DNA from: an uncultured delta proteobacterium
Lineage (GTDB): Bacteria > Myxococcota > Myxococcia > SLRQ01
Length of the DNA stretch: 64,000 nucleotides
Assembly: GCA_963727485.1 (NCBI GenBank)
Contig: CAVSGM010000003.1
Span: forward strand, 224,001 to 288,000
Direction of reading: 5' to 3'
Positions 32,248-44,387 of the stretch are shown piece by piece. A model generated the notes under the pieces. It did not search any database, was not told where the DNA came from, and worked only from the letters and a program-made list of their open reading frames with translations. Every line of letters begins with the position of its first letter. Within the stretch, counting starts at the first letter, position 1. The position numbers and the translations under genes were made by a program.

Positions 32248-32553
32248 ATGTACGCGGTGATCGCGACCGGCGGGAAGCAGTACCGGGTCAGCGAAGGCGA
32301 CCTGGTGAAGGTCGAGAAGCTCGACGCCAAGGCGGGGGAGACCCTGACCTTCGAGCCTCTCCTGGTCGCGGGCGAGGGCGACGCCAAGGTCGGCGCCCCC
32401 ACCGTCGACGGCGCCGCGGTGACCGCAGAGGTCATCCGTGAGGGCAAGCATCCCAAGGTCATCAGCTTCAAGCGCTGGGAGGGCGGCTGGTCCAGGATTC
32501 GCGGCCACCGTCAGCAGTTCACCGAGCTGAAGATCACCGGCATCAAGGGGTAG
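32248..32553 (+). CDS. rplU: 50S ribosomal protein L21
   Basis: [21 protein letters not shown]. Confidence 0.97.
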   Translation: MYAVIATGGKQYRVSEGDLVKVEKLDAKAGETLTFEPLLVAGEGDAKVGAPTVDGAAVTAEVIREGKHPKVISFKRWEGGWSRIRGHRQQFTELKITGIKG

Positions 32554-32557
32554 AACG

Positions 32558-32821
32558 ATGGCGCACAAAAAGGGACAGGGCTCTTCGCGCAACGGCCGCG
32601 ACTCCAACCCCAAGTACCTCGGGGTGAAGAAGTACGGCGGCGAGCACGTCATCGCCGGCAACATCCTGGTGCGTCAGCGGGGCACCCAGTTCCACCCCGG
32701 CAAGAACGTCGGGATGGGGCGGGACCACACCCTCTTCGCCCTCGCCGAGGGCACCGTCGCCTTCGAGCGCCAGGGCCGGGATCGCAAGCGCATCTCGGTC
32801 CACCCGGCCTCCGAGGGCTAG
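32558..32821 (+). CDS. rpmA: 50S ribosomal protein L27
   Basis: [21 protein letters not shown]. Confidence 0.98.
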   Translation: MAHKKGQGSSRNGRDSNPKYLGVKKYGGEHVIAGNILVRQRGTQFHPGKNVGMGRDHTLFALAEGTVAFERQGRDRKRISVHPASEG

Positions 32822-32860
32822 CGCCCCGGGCCGCGAGGTCCGCGCGCGTCGGCGGGCACC

Positions 32861-33916
32861 ATGAAGTTCGTCGACGAGGTCCGCATCCGGGTGAAGGCGG
32901 GCGACGGCGGCAAGGGCTGCGTCGCCTTCCGCCGGGAGAAGTACCGGCCCATGGGCGGTCCCTCCGGGGGGAACGGGGGCCGGGGCGGCAGCGTCGTCCT
33001 CGTCGCCGACCCCCAGCGGTCGACCCTCCTCGACTACCGCTACAACCCGCTCCAGCGCGCGCCGGCGGGCGAGCCGGGGATGGGCGACGATCGCTACGGG
33101 TCCGACGGCGGGGACCTGGTGCTCCCGGTGCCGCTGGGCACGGTGGTCCACGACGAGGACACCGGGGAGATCCTCGGGGACCTCGACCACGGGGGCCAGC
33201 GGCTGGTGGTCGCCGCCGGGGGGCGCGGGGGCATGGGCAACATGCACTTCGCCACCCCCACCAAGCAGGCCCCGCGCTACGCCCAGCCCGGGGAGCCCGG
33301 GGACGAGCGGAACCTGCGCCTCGAGCTCAAGCTCCTCGCCGACGTGGGGCTGGTGGGCTTCCCCAACGCCGGGAAGAGCACCCTGGTGAGCCGGGTGAGC
33401 GCCGCCCGCCCCAAGATCGCCGACTACCCCTTCACCACCCTGGCCCCGAGCCTGGGGATGGTGGACCACAAGGGGCGGCAGTTCGTCGTCGCCGACATCC
33501 CGGGGCTGGTCGAGGGCGCCGCCGAGGGCCGGGGGCTGGGCCACCAGTTCCTGCGCCACGTGGAGCGGTGCCGGGTGCTCATCCACCTCATCGACGGCGC
33601 CGCCGAGGGCGATCGCGACCCCGAAGGCGACCACCGGAAGATCCGCGAGGAGCTCGGCCGGTACTCCGAGCGCCTCGCGAGCAAGGCCGAGATCCTGGCG
33701 GTGAACAAGTGCGACCTCCCCGACGGGGACGCCGCCGCCGAGCTCCTGGAGGAGGCCCTGGGCCGGCCGGTGCGCCGGGTGAGCGCGGTCTCCGGTCTGG
33801 GGATCGAGGGCCTCCTCGACGAGACCATCGCCCGCCTCGACGAGGCGCTGGCTGCCGAGGCCGCCGAGGCCGCCGAGCGGGCATCCGCGGACGGGGACGA
33901 TCCCCCCGGCGAATAG
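32861..33916 (+). CDS. obgE: GTPase ObgE/CgtA
   Basis: FVDEV..AGDGG, GFPNAGKST, YPFTTL, DIPGL, NKCD. Confidence 0.97.
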   Translation: MKFVDEVRIRVKAGDGGKGCVAFRREKYRPMGGPSGGNGGRGGSVVLVADPQRSTLLDYRYNPLQRAPAGEPGMGDDRYGSDGGDLVLPVPLGTVVHDEDTGEILGDLDHGGQRLVVAAGGRGGMGNMHFATPTKQAPRYAQPGEPGDERNLRLELKLLADVGLVGFPNAGKSTLVSRVSAARPKIADYPFTTLAPSLGMVDHKGRQFVVADIPGLVEGAAEGRGLGHQFLRHVERCRVLIHLIDGAAEGDRDPEGDHRKIREELGRYSERLASKAEILAVNKCDLPDGDAAAELLEEALGRPVRRVSAVSGLGIEGLLDETIARLDEALAAEAAEAAERASADGDDPPGE

Positions 33917-33957
33917 GATCGGCCCCGCGCGCGTCAACGAGGGACAAGGAGACCGAC

Positions 33958-34705
33958 ATGACCCGCTCGACCCGACTCGCCGTGAGCCTCCTCGCCGCCG
34001 CCGGCCTCGCCCTCGCCGCCGCGCCCGCCCTCGCCGCCGCGCCCGGCCTGGCCGATGGGACCGCCCCGGCCGCGAAGACCGCCAAGGCGGGCAAGACCCC
34101 CGCCGCGCCCCGGGGCCACGTGGCCAAGGACGCCCGGGCCCTGGTGGCGAAGGTCCAGGCGTTCTACGAGCACACCCGCGCCTTCCAGGCGAGCTTCGAG
34201 CAGACCTACACCTACAAGGCCTTCCACCGGAAGATGCACTCGGCGGGGACGGTGGCCTTCAAGAAGCCGGGCCTGATGCGCTGGGACTACCAGACCCCGC
34301 GGAAGAAGAGCTTCATCGTCGACGGCCACGACCTGTGGATCTGGACCCCCGAGGACATGGAGGTCATCCGCCGCAAGGGCTTCTCCACCAACCAGCTGTC
34401 GACCTCCATCACCTTCCTCTGGGGCAAGGGGCGCCTCGCCGACGAGTTCGACATCGTCCGGGACGGCAAGGACGGCCTGAAGCTCACGCCCCTGACCCCC
34501 CAGGGCTTCGCCTCGGTGCGCTTCCAGGTGGATCCGCAGGACCGGCCAGGTGCGCGCGTCCACGGTCATCGACGCCCAGGGCAACGAGAACCGGATCGTG
34601 TTCACCTCGGTTCAGCTGAACGCGACGCTCCCCGACAGCCGGTTCCACTTCACCCCGCCGAAGGGCGCCGAGGTGAAGGAGCTGACGAGCCGGGGGCTCA
34701 ACTAG
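33958..34705 (+). CDS. lolA: Outer-membrane lipoprotein carrier protein LolA (frameshift near 34540)
   Basis: Signal peptide; ASFEQ, KKPGLMRWDY, DGHDLWIW; DAQGNENRIVF..FHFTPPKGAEV in the next frame. Confidence 0.85.
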
Positions 34706-34714
34706 CCGAAGGCG

Positions 34715-36323
34715 CTAGATCCCCAGCGAGTCCCAGAAGTCGCACTTGGACTCGCGCACCCCCACGGTGGTGGTGATGGGGTCGTCGAAGACCAGGGTCT
34801 GGCGCACCGCGTCGGTGTAGGGCGCCCACTGGGGCACTCCGTCGCCGTTGGGATCGCCGGTGGCGGCGAGGTTCTTCCACCCCTGCTGCATCGCGGTGAC
34901 GATCTTCTGCTCCCCGGGGGTGAGGCTGAAGCCGATGTCCGCGGCGTGGTCGAAGAGGTAGAAGAGCTCGACCCCGTGGGTGGGGGCGACGGTCCCGCCG
35001 GTCATGTGGGTGAAGAAGTAGCGGCGCACCGGCTCGCTCTGGCTCTTCGACGCGGCGTTGAGGGCCCGGCGGGTGGGGCAGGTGAAGGCGACGTCGGTGA
35101 CCACCTGGATCTCGGCGGCCTTGGGGTTCGCGTAGTCGCTCGCCGGGTACTCCTGGAGGATCTGGTCGCCGGCGGTCTGGCCGAAGAAGGTGTGGATGTC
35201 GTTCTGGTAGGTGGCCTCGTCGGGGACGTTGCCCACGAAGAGGGCGCCCTCGTCGGCGTTGGTGCCCATGAGGAACGGGACGTGGTTCTGCTCCCCGGCG
35301 GTGATGGCGTCGAGGGGCATCTTGGGCACCACGTAGCCGTCGATGGTGACCCCGAAGTTGTCGCCCCCGGCGATGCCCCCCGCCGGTGGGAGGTCGGTGA
35401 CCAGCTTGTCCGCGGGGACCGCGCGCATGCAGGCCACCTTGTCCGAGGCCTGGTCGCACCCGGCGGCGGCGAGCGACCCGGTGGCGTACTGCTCCCGGGT
35501 GGCCAGGGGCTCGAACGGCGAGCCGTCGCAGAGCCCGCTCTCCATCAGGGCCGCGGAGAACAGGCCCTTGCCCAGCGGCGAGGCGTAGAGGGCGCAGGTG
35601 TCGATGGCGCCGGCGCTCTCCCCGAAGAGGAGGACGTGGGCCGGGTCGCCCCCGAAGGCCGCGGCGTTGGCCTTGACCCACTTGAGGGCCTGGAGCTGGT
35701 CCTGGATCCCGTAGTCGCCGGCGGAGCCGTGGGGGTCCTCGGCGGCGAGCCCCGGGAGGGCGTAGAAGCCAAAGGGCCCGAGGCGGTAGTTGATGGTGAC
35801 CACCACCGCGCCGGTGGCCGTGGCGAGGTTGGCGGCGTCGTAGAGCTTGGTGCCGTAGATCTCCGCCGACGCCGAGCCGTTGATGTTGCTGCCGCCGTGG
35901 ATGAAGAAGAGCACCGGGCGCTGGTCCCCGGGCTGGGCGGCGGTGGGGGTCCAGACGTTGAGGTAGAGGCAGTCCTCGCTCCCGGTGGCGTGACCGCTGG
36001 CGTCGAGCTGCTCGCACATGTCGGAGAAGGTGTTCGCCTGGAGGGTGCCCGAGAGGCAGGCGGGGTCGGTGGGCGGCTTCCACCGGAGGTCGCCCACCGG
36101 CGGGGCGGCGTAGGGGATGCCGAGGAAGGCGTAGGTGTCGCCCTCGGCGTGGCCCTTGACCGGGCCGAGGTCGGTGATGGCGAGGCCCGGGGCCGCCTGC
36201 GACCGAGGTGGGGCAGCGGCCCCCCGTCCCGCCGTCGGTGCCACCCCCGCCTCCTCCGGCGCTGCCGCAGGCGGCGAGGACGAGGACCGGGACCAGGGCG
36301 ACGAGGGAGCGGGTGGCGGGCAT
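34715..36323 (-). CDS. Type-B carboxylesterase lipoprotein (frameshift near 36200)
   Basis: LAAC lipobox; FLGIPYAAPPVGDLRW, EDCLYLNVW, HGG, FGESAG, HGVE. Confidence 0.88.
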
Positions 36324-36388
36324 GGCCGGGACCCTACCACCCGCAGCGGCGCCGGGAAGTCCCCCGGACGCAGTCCGCGCTCAAGGCG

Positions 36389-37279
36389 TCAGCGGGACCT
36401 GGCCCGGGGATCCAGCTTGTCCCGGAGCCCGTCGCCGAGGAAGTTGAAGCCCAGCACGGTGATCACCACCGCGATCCCCGGGAAGGTCGCCAGGTGGGGC
36501 GCCACCACCAGGTACTGCGAGCCGGCCTCGAGGAGCGCGCCCCAGCTCGGGGTCCCCGGGGGCACCCCGAGGCCGAGGAACGAGAGGGCCACCTCGGCGA
36601 GGATCACCGCCGGGAGCCCGAAGGTCGCCTGGACGATCACCGGCCCGGCGATGTTGGGGATGAGGTGGCGGAACACGATCCGCGGGGTGCCGGCGCCCAG
36701 CGCCCGGGCGGCGGTGACGTACTCGCGCTCGCGGACCGCCAGCACCTGCCCCCGGGCCAGGCGCGCGTAGCCGACCCACCCGGTGAGCGCCAGGGCCAGG
36801 ACCACGTGGTCGAGGGCGGGGCCGAGGACCGCGGTGATGAAGATGGCCAGCAGGATCCCCGGGAAGGCGAGCACCACGTCGACCACGCGCATCAGCGCCT
36901 CGTCGGCGAGCCCCCCGAGGTAGCCGGCGACGGCGCCGAGGCCCACGCCGACGGTCAGGGAGATGGCGGTGGTGGCGATGGCGACGTAGAGGGAGATCCG
37001 GGCGCCGTAGAGGACGTGGGTGAGGACGTCGATGCCGTTGTCGCCGGTGCCGAAGAGGTGGCGCGCCGAGGGGCCCTGGAGCTCGTGGGCCAGGTCCATG
37101 GCGCTCGGCGCGTAGGGCGAGAGCCAGGGCGCCAGGAGCGCCACCAGGCTCACCATCACCACGATGGCGACGCCGATCCACATCAGGAGGTCCCGGGAGA
37201 GCGCCCGGCGCCACCGGGTCGCCCGGGGGGGCAGGGGCCGGGCCACGGCCGCCTCGGGCCCGCCGGTGGCGAGGCTCAC
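36389..37279 (-). CDS. Peptide/nickel ABC transporter permease (DppC-like)
   Basis: HLFGT, GARISL, EYVTAARALG (EAA), LSFLGLG. Confidence 0.9.
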   Translation of the reverse strand: MSLATGGPEAAVARPLPPRATRWRRALSRDLLMWIGVAIVVMVSLVALLAPWLSPYAPSAMDLAHELQGPSARHLFGTGDNGIDVLTHVLYGARISLYVAIATTAISLTVGVGLGAVAGYLGGLADEALMRVVDVVLAFPGILLAIFITAVLGPALDHVVLALALTGWVGYARLARGQVLAVREREYVTAARALGAGTPRIVFRHLIPNIAGPVIVQATFGLPAVILAEVALSFLGLGVPPGTPSWGALLEAGSQYLVVAPHLATFPGIAVVITVLGFNFLGDGLRDKLDPRARSR

Positions 37280-38211
37280 GCGCGCCCTCCGTCCACCCGG
37301 ATCCGCGGGTCGACCACCGCGTAGGCGAGGTCGGTGAGGAGGTTGACCCCGATGTAGAGGACGGTGAACACCAGGACGCAGGCGCGGACGGTGTTGTAGT
37401 CGCGGGCCTGGATCGCCGAGAGCAGCAACGTGCCCATCCCCGGCCAGTTGAACACCTTCTCGGTGACGATGGCCCCGGCGAGCAGCGCCCCGAACTGGAG
37501 GCCGATGATGGTGATCACCGGGATCAGGGCGTTGCGCAGGGTGTGGCGCCAGACCACGGCGCGCTCCGAGAGCCCCTTGGCCCGGGCGGTGGTGACGAAG
37601 TCCTCCCGGTCCACGTCGAGGTAGGCCGACCGGGTCATCCGCGAGAGCATCGCGGTCATGGCCAGGCCCAGGGTCAGCGCCGGGAGGAGGATGTGCCGGG
37701 GGCTGGCGTCGCCGAGCGCCGGGAGCCAGTCGAGGTCCACGGCGAACACCAGCACCAGCACCGGGCCCAGCCACGATCGGGGCACGCTCACCCCCATCAG
37801 CGAGAACACCATCCCCGCGTGGTCGGCGACGGTCCCCCGTCTTCGGGCGGTCCCGACCCCCAGGGGGATCGCCAGGGTGATGGCAAACGCCATGGCCACC
37901 ACCGCCAGGAGCATCGTCCGGGGGAGCTTCTCGCCGATCTCCGGGAGCACCTTCTGGTGGAAGGGCGGGAGCGAGGTCTTGAGGTCGCCTACGGCGAGGT
38001 CCCGGACGAAGTGCCACACCTGGGCCGGGGGCGGCTGGTCGAGGCCGATGGCGTGGCGCAGGGCGGCGCGGTCGACGTTCCCCGCCTGCTCCCCGAGCAT
38101 CACCTCCACCGGGTCCCCGGGGATGAAGTCGAGGAAGAGGGTGACCACCAGGACGGCCCCCAGGAGGCTCACCAGGGCGGCGGCGAGGCGGCGGACCAGA
38201 AACCGGCTCAT
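37276..38211 (-). CDS. Peptide/nickel ABC transporter permease (DppB-like)
   Basis: IPGDPV, TARAKGL, HTLRNALIP, EKVFNWPGMG, DPRIR. Confidence 0.9.
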   Translation of the reverse strand: MSRFLVRRLAAALVSLLGAVLVVTLFLDFIPGDPVEVMLGEQAGNVDRAALRHAIGLDQPPPAQVWHFVRDLAVGDLKTSLPPFHQKVLPEIGEKLPRTMLLAVVAMAFAITLAIPLGVGTARRRGTVADHAGMVFSLMGVSVPRSWLGPVLVLVFAVDLDWLPALGDASPRHILLPALTLGLAMTAMLSRMTRSAYLDVDREDFVTTARAKGLSERAVVWRHTLRNALIPVITIIGLQFGALLAGAIVTEKVFNWPGMGTLLLSAIQARDYNTVRACVLVFTVLYIGVNLLTDLAYAVVDPRIRVDGGRA

Positions 38212-39806
38212 CGCGCCGCTCCCGTCGCCGCCGGCGCCACCCGGGCCCGGGCCAGCGACCCCAAGAACCCGAAGGGCGAGACGTCGAAGTCCCGGAGGCG
38301 CCGGCTCATCACCGCCACCGTGTCCTCGTGCCACAGGCTCACGTAGGGGAGGTCGTGGGCGAGGATGCGCTGCACCTGCCCGTAGAGGGCGGCGCGCTTC
38401 GCCGGGTCGAGCTCGGAGGCGGCGGCGTCGGTGAGCTGGTCGATCCGGGGGTTCACGTAGCCCCCGCGGTTCCCCCCGACCCAGTGGTTCGCCTCGGTGG
38501 GGATGGCGCTCGAGGCGAAGACCCAGTGGAAGAGGTGGGGCTCGATCACCGGGGTCCACTTGAGGGTGGTGATCTGGAACCGGCCCCGCTTGATGTCGCC
38601 GTAGAAGGTCCCCCACTCGTAGCTCTCGAGCTTCACCCCGATGCCCACCCGCTCGAGGTCCCGGGCGATCACCAGGGCCACCGACTGCCGGAACCGGTCG
38701 GTGGAGGTCTTGTAGCTGACGGTGAAGCGCATCTTCGGCCCGTCGCCGTCGGGGTCGGGGTAGCCGGCGGCGTCGAGCAGCGCCTTGGCCTTCGCCGGGT
38801 CGTAGTCGTAGACCTGCGACGGCGCGTAGGCCCAGTGGCCCCGGGGGAGCATGCCGGTGGCGAGCTCGGCCGCCCCCTTGAACTTGTACTTGACGATCTC
38901 GGCGCGATCGATGGCGTGGGCCACCGCCTCCCGGACCCTCAGGTGGGCGAGGACCGGGTCCCGGAGGTTGAAGGCGAGGTAGGCGTAGCCGGCGCCGGGG
39001 CGGTGGACCACCCGGAGGCGCGGTGAGGCCTCGAGGCGCGGGAGGAGCACCGGGCTGATGGCGTTGACCACCAGGTCCGCGTCGCCGTGGAGGAGCGAGA
39101 GCACCCGGGTGGTCTCGTCGCGGACCACCACGAACTCCAGCTCCCGGATCGCCGGCTTGCCCCCGTAGTAGTGGGCGAAGGGCCGGAGGACGAGGTGCTC
39201 CTGGTCCGGGCGGCTGGCGAGCTCGAAGGGCCCGGCCCCCACCGGGTGGTCGGCGAAGCGCTTGCGGTAGGCGGGGTCTTCGAGCTTCGCCGGGACGATG
39301 CCCATGGTCAGGTCGAGGAGGAGCGGGGCGAAGGGCTTGGACAGCTCGATGTCGACGGTGAGGGGGTCGACGGCGACGACCTGCGCGATCTCCTGGTACT
39401 GCGGCGCCAGCGGCGAGCCGACCTTGGGGTCCTTGAGGCTCTGGTAGGTGTAGACGACGTCCCGGGCGGTCAGCGGGCTTCCGTCCTGGAAGGTGAGCCC
39501 GGGCCGGAGGTGGAAGCGGTAGCGGGTGGGCCCGACGCGCTCGAAGCGCTGGCAGAGATCGGGGACCGCCTTCCCCGAGTCGTCGATGCGCAGCAGCCCC
39601 GGCTCGATGAGGCTCGACACCCGCTGGGCGTTCACCGAGAGGGCGAAGCGCCGGTCGAGGGTCTCGGGGGCGCTCTCCAGGAGCACCACCACCTGTCCCG
39701 GGGGCCGGGGTCGGGCGCCACACACGCACCCACCGCCGCCCACCCCGACCAGGGTCAGGAGCAGCGCCAGGTGGTGCCGTCGCTTTGCGGGGGGGTGGCG
39801 GAACAT
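38208..39806 (-). CDS. Peptide ABC transporter substrate-binding lipoprotein (family 5)
   Basis: FHLRPGLTFQDGSPLTARDV, GAGPF, YDPAKAKALLDAAG. Confidence 0.9.
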   Translation of the reverse strand: MFRHPPAKRRHHLALLLTLVGVGGGGCVCGARPRPPGQVVVLLESAPETLDRRFALSVNAQRVSSLIEPGLLRIDDSGKAVPDLCQRFERVGPTRYRFHLRPGLTFQDGSPLTARDVVYTYQSLKDPKVGSPLAPQYQEIAQVVAVDPLTVDIELSKPFAPLLLDLTMGIVPAKLEDPAYRKRFADHPVGAGPFELASRPDQEHLVLRPFAHYYGGKPAIRELEFVVVRDETTRVLSLLHGDADLVVNAISPVLLPRLEASPRLRVVHRPGAGYAYLAFNLRDPVLAHLRVREAVAHAIDRAEIVKYKFKGAAELATGMLPRGHWAYAPSQVYDYDPAKAKALLDAAGYPDPDGDGPKMRFTVSYKTSTDRFRQSVALVIARDLERVGIGVKLESYEWGTFYGDIKRGRFQITTLKWTPVIEPHLFHWVFASSAIPTEANHWVGGNRGGYVNPRIDQLTDAAASELDPAKRAALYGQVQRILAHDLPYVSLWHEDTVAVMSRRLRDFDVSPFGFLGSLARARVAPAATGAAR

Positions 39807-39909
39807 GCTAGCCTCGCTTCTCGTCGTAGTCGCCATGTCCGATGCGGGTCAACGCCCGCGACCCGTGCCCGACCACCCCGCTCGGACGGGTGTCGGGGGA
39901 AGCGCCGCG

Positions 39910-42231
39910 ATGACCCGGATGAAGATCCGATCAGCAGCATGGATGGCCGCCGTGATCGTGGCGGCGGTGGGCCGCGTCGCCCTGGCGGGCCCGGTGGGTC
40001 CGGACCCGCGCCTCACCCGCGATCCCAGCCCCCAGGCGAAGCACGCCGCCCGTCAGGCGCTCACCCACGCCCTCGACCACCTGGTGGCCACCACCGATCT
40101 CGCCCACGCCCGGGTGGGGATCGCGGTGTACTCCCTCACCGACCACCAGGAGATCTACGGCCACGACCCCGGGGCCCTGCTCAACCCGGCGTCCAACGTG
40201 AAGCTGTTCACCTCGGCGGCGGCCCTGGAGCTCCTCGGCCCGGCGTTCCGCTTCGACACCGAGCTCTACGTGAGCCACGCGCCCGACGCCAAGGGCGTCA
40301 TCCACGGCAACCTCTACGTCAAGGGCAAGGGCGACCCCACCTTCACCACCGAGCGGATGCACCGCCTGGTCGACGACCTGTGGCAGCTCGGGATCCGCAA
40401 GATCACCGGGCACCTCGTCCTCGACGACACCTACTTCGACGACCACCGCCTGGGCCCCGGGTGGGAGCAGGACGACTCGGACCACGCCTACATCGCCCCC
40501 ACCGGGGCCCTCTCCTTCAACTACAACTCGGTGGCGGTCCACGTCCGCCCCGGCCCGAGGGTCTGGCACCGGGCGGTGGTCACCGTCGATCCCGACTCCC
40601 GCTACTTCATCGTGAAGAACCGGGTGGTCACCGGCTCCCGCCGCTCCCGCCGGCGCCACTTCACCGCCAGCGTCGACGACGGGATCCACCAGGAGATCGA
40701 GGTCCACGGGGTCGAGCCCATCAACCGCGACGGCGCCGTCTACTACCGCCGCGTCGGCAACCCGCCCATCTACTTCGGCGACACCCTGGTGGCCTTCCTG
40801 GGGCGCCGGGGCATCCGCGTCTCCCACCACCAGCCGGTCCTGGGCGCGGTCCCCGACGCCGCCGAGCTCCTCTACCGCTCCGAGAGCCACCGCCTCGCCG
40901 ACATCGTGGAGACCATGGACAAGGTCTCCAACAACCACATGGCCGAGCAGATCCTCAAGACCCTGGGCGCCGAGGTCATGGGGGTGCCGGGGAGCTGGCC
41001 CAAGGGAGTGGCGGCGGTGGAGCGTTGGCTCGCCGAGCGCGTCGGGGTCCCCCGGGGCAGCTACGTGATGAAGAACGGCTCCGGGCTCAACGACACCAAC
41101 CGCTTCAGCGCCCGGCAGATCACCGAGGTCCTCGCCCACATGTGGCGCCACTTCCAGGTGATGCCCGAGTACGTCTCGGCGCTCCCGGTGGCCGGCCGCG
41201 ACGGCACCGCCCGCTACCGCCTCGACGGCACCCCCGCGGCGGGAATCCTCCGGGCCAAGACCGGCACCCTGGAGAACGTCTCGGCGTTCTCGGGCTACGT
41301 GGCCACCGCCGACGGGGAGGTGCTGGCCTTCTCCATCCTGGTCAACGACTACCCCGGTCGCTACAGCCAGGTCATCGACGGCATCGACTCGGTGGCCGAG
41401 GCCATCTCCGAGTACGCCCGGCCCCGGTCGGCGACCCCGGCCACCGCGGTGGCGGTCACCGACACCCCCCTGACCCCGGCGGAGGTCGCGGCGAAGGTGG
41501 GCACCTACCTCGCCCTGGGCCAGGCCGCCGACCCCCACAACGTCCGCTTCCTCCGCACCGCCCTGCGCACCGAGCACGACCCGCTCATCCGCGCGGTGAT
41601 CGCCGAGGCCATCTACCGCTCCGACGCCGACCTCGGCGAGCGGCTGCTCCTCGACGAGTACCAGCCCACCGCCGACCTGGTCCGCCGGCTCCACCAGGTG
41701 GCCCGGAAGGACGAGACCTCGCCCACGCCGGTGATCACCTCGGTGGCCGATCTCGCCGCCGAGGGCGACGCCCGGGCGCTGGCCGAGCTCCTCCAGACCG
41801 CCCACCTCGCCCAGGGCGCCGAGGGCCTCAAGGCCGAGCTCGCCGAGACCCTGGTGGAGGTGGCGCGCACCGCGCCCACCGAGATGCTCCACGCCCTCAC
41901 CGGCGCCGACCCGAAGGTGGGGCGCGACGCCCTGGCCCTCTTCGTCCGGGGCCTGCGGATGGAGAAGGAGTCCCCGGGCCACCACCCCTTCGTCCGGGCG
42001 CTCCTCTCGGCGGCCAAGGCCCCGGCCACCGCCGTCGACGGCGCCGACGACCCGACCCAGGCGGTCACCGCCGCCCGGGTCCAGGCCCTCGCCGCCGCCT
42101 TCGAGGGGCTCCTTCGGGCCCCGCCGGTGGTCGCCGCCGCCAAGGCCCCGGCGCCGCCCACCGCCCCGCCGGCCGGCCCCCAGGATCGACGCGCCGACGG
42201 CCCGCCGAGCACCGGCGCCGGCGGCGGCTGA
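39910..42231 (+). CDS. dacB: D-Ala-D-Ala carboxypeptidase/endopeptidase PBP4 (peptidase S13) with C-terminal extension
   Basis: PASNVK (SxxK), SNN (SxN), GSGL, AKTGTL. Confidence 0.9.
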   Translation: MTRMKIRSAAWMAAVIVAAVGRVALAGPVGPDPRLTRDPSPQAKHAARQALTHALDHLVATTDLAHARVGIAVYSLTDHQEIYGHDPGALLNPASNVKLFTSAAALELLGPAFRFDTELYVSHAPDAKGVIHGNLYVKGKGDPTFTTERMHRLVDDLWQLGIRKITGHLVLDDTYFDDHRLGPGWEQDDSDHAYIAPTGALSFNYNSVAVHVRPGPRVWHRAVVTVDPDSRYFIVKNRVVTGSRRSRRRHFTASVDDGIHQEIEVHGVEPINRDGAVYYRRVGNPPIYFGDTLVAFLGRRGIRVSHHQPVLGAVPDAAELLYRSESHRLADIVETMDKVSNNHMAEQILKTLGAEVMGVPGSWPKGVAAVERWLAERVGVPRGSYVMKNGSGLNDTNRFSARQITEVLAHMWRHFQVMPEYVSALPVAGRDGTARYRLDGTPAAGILRAKTGTLENVSAFSGYVATADGEVLAFSILVNDYPGRYSQVIDGIDSVAEAISEYARPRSATPATAVAVTDTPLTPAEVAAKVGTYLALGQAADPHNVRFLRTALRTEHDPLIRAVIAEAIYRSDADLGERLLLDEYQPTADLVRRLHQVARKDETSPTPVITSVADLAAEGDARALAELLQTAHLAQGAEGLKAELAETLVEVARTAPTEMLHALTGADPKVGRDALALFVRGLRMEKESPGHHPFVRALLSAAKAPATAVDGADDPTQAVTAARVQALAAAFEGLLRAPPVVAAAKAPAPPTAPPAGPQDRRADGPPSTGAGGG

Positions 42232-42283
42232 CCGTGACCCCCGGGTTTGCCCCGGGCATGACCGGAACCCGGACATCCCCCAT

Positions 42284-42312
42284 TGTCTAGGTTTATATAC
42301 CTAGTATAGACA
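42284..42312. promoter_or_regulatory. AT-rich nested palindrome, candidate operator
   Basis: TGTCTAGGTTTATATACCTAGTATAGACA: CTAGGT-N6-ACCTAG inside TGTCTA...TAGACA. Confidence 0.55.
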
Positions 42313-42372
42313 GGAGGGAATCGGCGGCTCGTTGGCAGGCCGCCGGCGACCCGACAAGCGATGGGAGGCCGG

Positions 42373-44367
<1,995 letters not shown>

Positions 44368-44387
44368 ACGGGCACCCGGCGCGGGGA

